Positions 54,236-64,000 of a stretch of DNA of 64,000 nt are shown piece by piece. The position numbers and the translations under genes are program-made. This DNA comes from Octopus sinensis (Eukaryota). Positions within the stretch are counted from its first letter, which is position 1. Each line of letters opens with the position of its first letter. The stretch spans positions 17,174,001-17,238,000 of the forward strand of contig NC_043008.1 in assembly GCF_006345805.1 (NCBI RefSeq), read 5' to 3'. The notes under the pieces are model-generated. The model did not search any database, was not told where the DNA came from, and saw nothing but the letters and a program-made list of their open reading frames with translations.

Positions 54236-54655
54236 ATTTGTAGGTCTAAATTAGAATATTCATCTTAATAAAAAATTTTGATCTTAAGCTTTATAAAATC
54301 GAGACCGAATCTCCGGCCATTGCATTTTGTCATTGCAAAATCTAATATCAACCGTAATCGATCTGACAGACATATAATCATAATGAAGGGTTCGTGTTCG
54401 AAAACTTTTGTTGCTATTTGCAACAGGTCGAGTAATTATAGACTAGCACTAATATTCACATCAGAAAGTAATTAATGATATGACTTTTATTTACTCTAAA
54501 TTTTAAATTGATTAAAATTGACAGTGAGATTATTGTGAGACATAGCAAAATGAATATTAAAAATTATGATTTATTTTCCGATTGAAAAATTCGATTTGAA
54601 TCTTAAATAAAATTCAAAAGATTTCTATTGCTGTGATACTGATTTTGTTATTTAG

Positions 54656-56735
54656 GCCAATATCAGTTACAAACAATTGTTTCCATAATGAAGTCTTTCT
54701 AACCGTGACTAGGCTAGCGACCATTACGCTAGCCGTAACTAGGAATGCGACCATTACGCTAGCCGCGACTAGGAAAGCGACCATTACACTAGCCGTAACT
54801 AGGAAAACGGCCATTACACTAGCCGTAACTAGGAAAACGACCATTACGCTAGCCGCGACTAGGGAAGCGACCATTACGCTAGCAGGGACTAGGGAAGCGA
54901 CCATTACGCAAGCTGCGACTAGGGAAGCGACCATTACGCTAGCCACGACCAGGGAAGCAACCATTACGCTAGCCGCAACTAGGGAAGTGACCATTACGCT
55001 AGCCGCAACTAGGCTAGCGGCCATTACACTAGCCGCGACTAGGGAGGAAGCGACCATTACGCTAGGCGCGACTAGGGAAACGACCATTACGCTAGGCGCA
55101 ACTAGGAAAGCGACCATTATGCTAGCAGGGACTAGGGAAGCGACCATTATGCTAGCCGCGACTAGGGAAGCGACCATTAAGCTAGCCACGACTAGGGAAG
55201 CGACCATTACGCTAGCCGCGACTAGGGAAGCGACCACTATGCTAGCAGGGACTAGGGAAGCGACCATTATGCTAGCCGCGACTAGGGAAGCGACCATTAC
55301 GCTAGCCGCGACTAGGCTAGCGACCATTACACTAGCCGCGACTAGGCTAGCGATCATTACGCTAGCCGCGACTAGGGAAGCGACAATTATGCTAGCCGCA
55401 ACTAGGGAAGTGACCATTACGCTAGCCGCAACTAGGCTAGCGACCATTACACTAGCCGCTACTAGGGAAGCGACCATTACGCTAGTCGCGACTAGGGAAA
55501 TGACCATTACGCTAGGCGCAACTAGGAAAGCGACCATTATGCTAGCAGGGACTAGGGAAGCGACCATTATGCTAGCCACGACTAGGGAAGCGACCATTAC
55601 GCTAGCCGCGACTAGGGAAGCGACCACTATGATAGCAGGGACTAGGGAAGCGACAATTATGCTAGCAGGGACTAGGGAAGCCACCATTATGCTAGCCGCG
55701 ACTAGGGAAGCGACCATTACACTAGCCGCGACTAGGGAAGCGACCATTACGCTAGCCGCGACTAGGGAAGCGACAATTATGCTAGCAGGGACTAGGGAAG
55801 CGACCATTACGCAAGCTGCGACTAGGGAAGCGACCATTACGCTAGCCACGACCAGGGAAGCAACCATTACGCTAGCCGCAACTAGGGAAGTGACCATTAC
55901 GCTAGCCGCAACTAGGCTAGCGGCCATTACACTAGCCGCGACTAGGGAAGCGACCATTACGCTAGGCGCGACTAGGGAAACGACCATTACGCTAGGCGCA
56001 ACTAGGAAAGCGACCATTATGCTAGCAGGGACTAGGGAAGCGACCATTATGCTAGCCGCGACTAGGGAAGCGACCATTAAGCTAGCCACGACTAGGGAAG
56101 CGACCGTTACGCTAGCCGCGACTAGGGAAGCGACCACTATGCTAGCAGGGACTAGGGAAGCGACCATTATGCTAGCCGCGACTAGGGAAGCGACCATTAC
56201 GCTAGCCGCGACTAGGCTAGCGACCATTACACTAGCCGCGACTAGGCTAGCGATCATTACGCTAGCCGCGACTAGGGAAGCGACAATTATGCTAGCCGCA
56301 ACTAGGGAAGTGACCATTACGCTAGCCGCAACTAGGCTAGCGACCATTACACTAGCCGCTACTAGGGAAGCGACCATTACGCTAGTCGCGACTAGGGAAA
56401 TGACCATTACGCTAGGCGCAACTAGGAAAGCGACCATTATGCTAGCAGGGACTAGGGAAGCGACCATTATGCTAGCCACGACTAGGGAAGCGACCATTAC
56501 GCTAGCCGCGACTAGGGAAGCGACCACTATGATAGCAGGGACTAGGGAAGCGACAATTATGCTAGCAGGGACTAGGGAAGCGACCATTACACTAGCCGCG
56601 ACTAGGAAAGCGACCGTTACGCTAGCCGCAACTTGGCAAGCCGTGACACCATGTATATCATATACCGTTATAGAAATAAAACAGAAAAAATGTTACTTTA
56701 AAGTAGCTTCTGAACCTCTCTTCGAGGTCATTTGA
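54656..56735 (+). CDS. candidate exon encoding a Thr/Ala-rich 10-aa repeat (TREATITLAA)n; unproven
   Basis: Open frame across the array. Plausible acceptor attttgttatttAG at 54654-54655. The only indel is in-frame. No in-frame ATG before the array, and few array codons can mutate to a stop, so ORF length alone is weak evidence. Confidence 0.25.
54708..56630. repeat. GC-rich minisatellite, 64 x 30 bp (consensus actagggaagcgaccattacgctagccgcg), with higher-order repeats
   Basis: 1923 bp = 64x30 + one 3-nt insertion (55044-55046). Consensus is 60% GC with 4 CpG. A block starting at 54888 recurs at 55791. Confidence 0.98.
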
Positions 56736-56816
56736 AATTATAGAAATATAAGTAAAGATTCCTTGAAATCCATCCTACGATCTGAAAAGAACCAAGAACA
56801 TATTCGCTCATGGTGT

Positions 56817-56898
<82 letters not shown>

Positions 56899-56997
56899 GT
56901 GTTCTATCTCTCTGCCTGTCTCTCTGTCTCTCTGTCTCTTTCTCTACCTGTTTGTCTGTCTGTCTGTATGTATGTATGTATGTATGTATGTATGTGA

Positions 56998-57320
56998 AGG
57001 CGCGTGGCTTAGTGGTTAGAGCATTCGGCTGACGATTGTAAGGTCGTGAGTTCAATTCCCGGGGACGCGTTGTGTCCTTGAGCAAGACACTTTATTTCAC
57101 GTTGCCCCAGTCCACTCAGCTGGAAAAAATGAGTTGTACCTGTAATTTTCAAAGGGCCGGCCTTATCACACTCTGTGTCACGCTGAATCTCCCTGAGAAC
57201 TATGTTAAGGGTACACGTGTCTGTGGAGTGCTATGTCACTTGCCCGTTAATTTCACAAGCAAGCTGTTCCGTTGATCGTATCAGCTGGGACCCTCGTCGT
57301 CGTAACCGACAGAGTGCTCC
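56998..57320 (+). mobile_element. tRNA-derived SINE (head B2 + CORE-like body + tail 2) inserted in (TATG)n
   Basis: Box A tggcttagtgg, box B gagttcaattccc, body gtgtccttgagcaagacactt. The 3' ~190 bp is shared with 53849-54235. Confidence 0.92.
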
Positions 57321-60300
57321 TATGTATGTACGTATGCTTGCGTAGATATGCGTGCATAGATATGAATGTTAAAGACAAGATAATACTCATATATCCGCCA
57401 TATATATTTCATAATTAGGAGGAAAGTGGCCATGACATTTTTACTCCAGATATTTCTAATTTCAGATCAATAATTAGTCACAAATCTAAATCTCTTGCAA
57501 CCTCATTGTAATTCTTCTCACTTGTCTCATAATATTTATATAATGAATAATGATCGTTCCTATAAAAACCTACGTTTTGTTTTCTCAAGTGCATTATATC
57601 GGTATCTACTTCATCAGTATCGAACTATAAATGGTAAAATCAATTCTGGGAGTGTTTGAACTTCAGACAGTAAGAAAACAACCTAAATACCAGATTTAAA
57701 TTAAGTCAAGCAATCTAATATCTTTGCTAATAGTATTAAATAGCTTAAAGAAAATAAAGACATTCATCATTAGAAAAATAATTTACAAATAAAGCATTTA
57801 GTACCCCTCGGATTTTTACAGGTACGCAATGGTAATGTCGCGAATCCATGCTATTAATTAAAGAATATATTTCAGGAAAAATGAATGAAGAAAAATAAAC
57901 AAGAAGATATCAGAGCATTTCGATGTTAAACGTGTATTATATACGTTACTCGTTTCTCTTCTGTTTTGTAATCATTTTATTTGCAGCATGAAACATTTTT
58001 TTCATTCCAAAAGAATATGTATACAAATGAATAAAAAACGCATTTTTTTTTTCGAATGAAATTGCTAAAGCACGGAAAGAGTATTGAGAATATTTTGATA
58101 TTGTTAATTTTTGCTTCTTCCAACACGCAGTGGGAATAAAACTTTATCATACTGAACAGATGAAAATCTCTGAGAAATTAGAAGACAAAAAATGAAAAGA
58201 AATAAATAAATAATAAATGTCACAAAGAAGATAAGAAACAATATTAGAATCAATAAAACAAGAACATTTTGATTGTCAATTAAGAGCTAAAAATAAATTA
58301 AACGTTCTTTGCAGTTGTTTCAATAAAGGGCCTGTGAAAAAATATTAATCGTAATGGAATAATTGATAAAGTATGTTAAAATTTAATGACAGTAAAATAC
58401 AAGCAATCAAAAGTAATACAACAACAAAAACATAGAAAACAGTTAATTTTTAATTTCTTTCAAGATGCCTTCATGGGAATACATGTAAAAGAATTCGACA
58501 AATCTTAACAGGAAAATCGAAAACAGATAAAATTACGTATAAAAGTGCAGAGAAGAAAATATAGAAGAAAGAAATTTATATTAAAAAAATCTGAAAGAAA
58601 ATATATAAAAGATTTTATTCATATTTTTTTTATTGATTTATATGTTTATATTTTCGAATACACGGTGGACGATTAAAAAAATATTATTACTCTCTGGCAC
58701 CGCATGGAGAGATATAGAAATAGAAAACAAGACAGTAGAAGACATAATGTCTGGGGAGATAGAGGGGGCGGATTGTAGTGTATAATTAATAAATTTGTGA
58801 ACAATGATATGATATAATGTGAGATGTCAAAACAGAAAAGATTTTATACAAGATGTTCGACAAAGTAAAAGATTAACTTTTTCAAGAGACAAGTAATACA
58901 TCATAAAATAGCAACAACAAAAACACCATTATCAACTCTTCTGATTAAAGAAATGGCTAGGTGATAGTGTCATATTAAAAAGAATATATTAAGCAAGGTT
59001 AGCGACGGAGAATTAATGAAAAAACTGCGTAAATGAGATGATGTAACAGACAGCTGTGTGGTGAATGCAATTCTGCATGTACGTGTGTCCGTTTGAGGAA
59101 GTATTTGCCGAATAATTATGATGTTCAGTAGTATAAACAAAAGGTAATGTGGAAACTGAAGTGATAGTCAAATGATTAATTATTCTGAATAGCTGTTTAC
59201 TGTAACTGAAATCTCGATCTATTAATTAATTTCTGATATTTACCTGGAAACAAAAGGTAATATATAGTTCGTGAGACAATACTAGATAAATAAATATCCG
59301 GCTGTATTTTCACAAAGTATGAAAACCCAATGATACAAGTGATGCCATCAATATGCTTAAATACAAAATACTGCAAGTAACATGGCTGCATTAAAAATGT
59401 AGCCTGAACGGCACCAACCTGGCTGCACTCCAATGACTGAAGCAAGTAAAAGATAAAAGAGAAAGACAACCGTTCTTTCTATGTTGGCAGTGTGTATAAT
59501 TTGAAAGATTTCGTTGCTATTTCTAGCGCTCAGTGTACTTTCGTTAGCATCACAATAACAAATCACTGTACATAATTAATTCCATGGCGATTAGCTAATT
59601 TAACAGCATCGTTTCATTGGAATAGCATTATTTGCTTTAAAGCAAGAAATATAAAAGCAGGTTCCTTCAACAAGAAAATTTACCATTTTACTCTAGTTAG
59701 ACAGAAAATCTCATTGGATAAGAAATGATTGTCACATTAATCGATTTATCTTTTCAATTGGAATAAAATAGTTTGTCATAAGAAATTAAACAGCTGGTGT
59801 GAAGCTAAACTCTTGCGTTGGAAGATGTTGCGAAATCTTGAATTATTAATTCTGTCATTTTAGGTTCTTTTAACATAATATAGTGATCATTATATTGAAG
59901 TAAGATTTGCGTAGTGGCACTGTTGTCTTCAGTAGAAATACCATTGTATCTTCGTTCTAGACTGAAATAAATATTTATATCATAGAACTATGTTGTGCAG
60001 ACAGTCCAAGTAATGACAAGTCGATATGAACATTTTAGCAGAAACTTTTTGTCTACATTGATTTATGCATATATTATCATTGTTGTTGCTGTTGTTGCTG
60101 GTGTTGTTGTTATTGTTGTCAAGCAACAGGACGGATAAGGGTGATTAGGTGATGGTCTAGGACTTAGGGGCGGAAGACCCCAGACCTTGGAACAAAAAAA
60201 AAACTTTGGTCGTCTTGTTGTAGTCGAGGGCTCTTCGTTGACGCCCGCACCACTGGGAGGTGGCCCTCGAAGTCGCTGGAAATAGAAATATCCAGGTCCA

Positions 60301-61462
60301 AATTATTGGACGGCTGCTTCTTGTGCTGCTTAGAACGAAAGCACGTAATTCTGAAATTATGTAAATAAAATAAAATGGTTATAGAATATCAGAAGGCCTA
60401 AACAAACAAATGTTTACATACTTTAAGAAGCTATGTCTAAGTTTCAAATCAAAGATTAATCTATGAGATTAGACGCTTTGCAAAATTGTATATCTTGCTT
60501 AGATTCCTTTAATATCTTCATTAGTTCTATATATAATCCACTTTAAATTTATCCAAAATACGCATTAACTATTCATTTTGTCTGATGGCTATTAGTGTTG
60601 CATTTAATTAATGTCGAATACATCACTGTCTATATCCTATAATAGTATCTTCCTGTTTGAATTCATTTTCTTGGCACGTGAATTGGCTTATCTGCTGTCT
60701 ACATTAGTCGAGTTTGAAATTTACATTAATTGAATATAATGTTATTATTAGTAATATCATAGCACTGGATGACATAGTCGAGAAAGCATCGTACGCTCTG
60801 CATTATTGGACTACTTACCTTTACTTTCCGAACTAAAATTCCTTTGGAATCGTCTGAGATATTCATGATTCTGAAAACTCTAAATAACTATCTGTCAAGT
60901 TTAGGGATTCATGAAATAGAAGTGACCCTCTCAGCCTAACTCTGGAAGATTGTAATTTTGTTACAATCGCTCCTCAGCCCTATAAATATAACATCAATGG
61001 AAATAAATTGTATTTTGTCCCTGCAATATTATACGTAAAATTCTTGAAAACGGAAATGTGTTGTTTCTTATTGCATCTTAGATCGATACAATAATGTCTT
61101 GTACAAAAACTCAGTCAATCGAATCAGCATCGACTCTTGCAAGAGTTTGTAACATTGGGTCATTAAAAGACGTTAAAAATTTCTATATTGTTTTCAGATT
61201 TTGGGTGCTATAGGTGAGCAATTTCAGGTTAGTGGGTAAGTCGACCCCAGTGCACAACTGGTACTTATTTTATCGACTCCGGAAGGATGAAAGGCAATGT
61301 CTGCCACATAAAGAAGGACGAAATGCCGATAAGTATTTCCCCTTGCTTGATAACAGCTCTGTCAATTCGCCGACTTGTTACAAATACCTATATTAAAAAG
61401 AAGAATTACCTAGCTTCACATACATTTACAAATAGTATCAGTTAAAGTCATATAGTCTAAAC

Positions 61463-61785
61463 CAGGGTTTCTCAACCAATTTCTTCTCTATGGATTTCAT
61501 TGATAACTGTTTATTCTGGTTTATCCCCATAAGCAATCGACGTATAAAGATTTGTCTTATAGAAACTTCTTTCAAAACACCTGTTTTATTTTTCCCACAT
61601 TACCTTGTGTAGGTTGATCTATGTAAAATGCTGGAGAATGTAACCTAGCTGTTCCTTACAATACATAAATCTAAAGCAGAACTTTTTCAGGGACATTCAA
61701 AATAATATTTTGTTATTTGCCCCGCTTCCTCCCAAATATTATATGAACACTCAGAGTCCTTGTGCAACCCCGTTGAGAAGTACTG
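61463..61785. mobile_element. hAT (Charlie-like) MITE
   Basis: TIRs cagggtttctcaac / gttgagaagtactg. Degenerate 8-bp flanks gtctaaac / gtgcaaat (5 of 8 match). Confidence 0.55.
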
Positions 61786-62699
61786 GTGCAAATGGTCTAC
61801 CTAGAAGGATGGATGACTATACAAAGCTTCGGCAGTCGACGTGAAAAACAGTAACATACAACTTGGAACATATATCTGTTCATTTTAATATGTTGAATTG
61901 TTACTGTACGGACAGAAACAATGTAGCATAGAGCTGAACGATTAAGGTATTTCAGTTCCGTTCATAGGTATTCCAATATATACAAGTCATTTATTGAAAT
62001 TGTGTTAATTCACCATGCAACCTGTTTCCAAGACGTGTGCTAATACATAAATTTATTATCGATTTTGTTGAATTTCTTTGGGTTGCATAGTTGATATTGA
62101 TATTTTCAATAGCAGAATGTTGGGTACATATTTTGTAGACTTTTTTTGTTGTTCTTTTTACACAAGTTATGTCTATCTCTTTCATTCATTACTTGTGTCT
62201 GAAGTTTATATTTAGCATAGAGTATATATGCTCGAATATGTATGTATAGTCGACATCAAAATTACTGATGTTTACGAAGTACCAATATTTATATCTGCAG
62301 TCTGTCTGTTATCTTACATTACTTTTGACACAGGTCAGCACTAAGTGCATTAGTTGTGTCTGATATCTACATTAGATGCGTTTGATGTCCGGAATTTCTA
62401 TCTACTTCATCTTACAACGGCATTAGTTACGTTATATATTTGTCATTAGATTGTTGTGAGTTGCATTATTAATCCCTGCTAAAAAAAAAAAAAGCAAGTC
62501 AGTAAAAGAAAAACAAACAATAAATAAAAACCAACAGCTATGGTAATAATAATGGTATCAAAATTCAGTACAAATCTGGGAACATTGAGGGAGCAGGTAA
62601 ATAGATTACATCAACCCCATTTTTCTGCTGGTACTCTCTTTATCGTTCCCGAAGAGATGAAAAGCAAAGTCAACCCCAGGTTCCTAATGTCTATTTCAT

Positions 62700-63392
62700 G
62701 GTTGCACTAAAACATAAAATACCATAAGATCTATGTATTTCTATTTTCGACAATGTCTTCAGGTTTCTTGGTGTTCTGGTTTCCCTATGTCTTGCTTTGA
62801 CCCTAGCAGCTTTTAACAAACTTTCTTCACTATTACCTACATAGGAGTCTAAATATACCCTAGCTAACTCCACACTGTTATCTACTGATACTAACCTTCT
62901 TCCACTTACCTTTCTTGGGTGGAATCCTCCATTCATATTGAATTCCGTCCCAGTTCTTCTGTCTAGCTTTTCTAATTAAGTTTTTGTCCAACCTACGAAA
63001 ACTGCCGAGTATCTGAGTAATGCTACTGCCCAAGTATTTACATCCTTCACTAGATTCGGACAATTTAGCATTAACTTCATTAGCTTCCTCACACTTCTGA
63101 TATACTCCTTCTTAATTTTCGTTTTCATTTCTGTAGTTAGTATTCTGTCAGATTCTAATATGTCTAGATAAGTATAGCACGCTCCTTTCAATGATTTTAA
63201 TATCTGGCTATCTGGTGATTAGATGCCTTCGCAGTTGACTACCTGTCCCCTTCCCATGACTAATATTGCACGCTTATCTATGCCAAATTCTATGCCTATA
63301 TTTTTGCTGAAGAGTCTTACAGTCTCTAATAAGGAATCTATCTTTTTTCATTCGTACTAAAACGTTTCAGTTCATCCATGTAGAGCAACTTG
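62700..63392 (-). mobile_element. R4/Dong-clade LINE reverse transcriptase fragment, degenerate
   Basis: LLYMDELK../IDSLLETVRLFSKNIGIEFGIDKRA...YTYLDILE...KKEYIRSVRKLMKLMLNCPNLVKDVNTWAVALLRYSA...MNGGFHP/RKVSGRRLVSVDNSVE...LLKAAR. Adjoins (ATT)n at about 63395-63460. Confidence 0.9.
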
Positions 63393-63452
<60 letters not shown>

Positions 63453-63465
63453 GTTATTATCATCA

Positions 63466-63640
63466 TTAAGGTGGGGAGCGCGCCGGAAATTGTTTAGGGA
63501 TATTTCTTTCAGATTTACATCTAGAGTCAAAATGATTCCGGGATCAATTGTCTTTCATCCTTTCGTGGTCGATAAAATAAGTAGCACTCGAGCTTTGGTG
63601 TTAAGTTACTTGATTAGGTCCTCCCACAATTTTTTATGCC
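63466..63640 (+). mobile_element. SINE family C, diverged
   Basis: tctttcatcctttcgtggtcgataaaataagta core. Confidence 0.7.
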
Positions 63641-64000
63641 AAATTTTCAAGCCTTCTTTTCATGCTTTTATTAGTAAGGATTTCTCCGAACGAAGTACAT
63701 GCTGTCTACAAAAATATCATTTTGCAATTAGAAAAAAAGTTTTATCAAACATATTTGCATATAATTTTCTAAATTTTGAAGTCTCCTCTTTGAGGTATTC
63801 ACGGGAGAAAAAGTTTAAAAAATTGTGTAATATTTTTTCGATAAAGTTCACTTATTCTTTCTCATCATCGACACATAACTATCTTCATTAATTTTTCATT
63901 AATGCTACATCTTCAAAAGTAATAGTAAGAAAGTTATTACACGTTTCACTCAAAAAATAAAAATTAATAAAATATTAATTTCAACGGAAAATGTTAGTAG

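Noticed and set aside
54708-56630. CRISPR-like appearance of ~30-bp repeats
   Set aside because: Units are contiguous with no unique spacers, there are no cas genes, and the context is eukaryotic.

Overview
AT-rich, microsatellite-dense eukaryotic DNA, most likely intronic or intergenic. The repeat families look like those of octopus (inferred, not verified). I found no recognisable host protein-coding gene, rRNA, true tRNA or CRISPR array. Almost every ORF in the track is translated microsatellite or retroelement debris. The window contains dozens of tRNA-derived SINE copies in at least four modular types. It also has degenerate LINE fragments (L1/Tx1-like, CR1/L2-group, R4/Dong, Penelope-like), a maT-type Tc1/mariner fragment, a hAT-like MITE, two Merlin-like MITEs carrying (TTAGGG)n, and a 100-N gap. 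The standout feature is a 60% GC array of 64 x 30-bp units (54708-56630) with higher-order structure, an intra-unit hairpin and an open frame on both strands. Also notable are two SINE-LINE pairs that share 3' ends, and repeated insertion of one SINE at a fixed site inside its own head.
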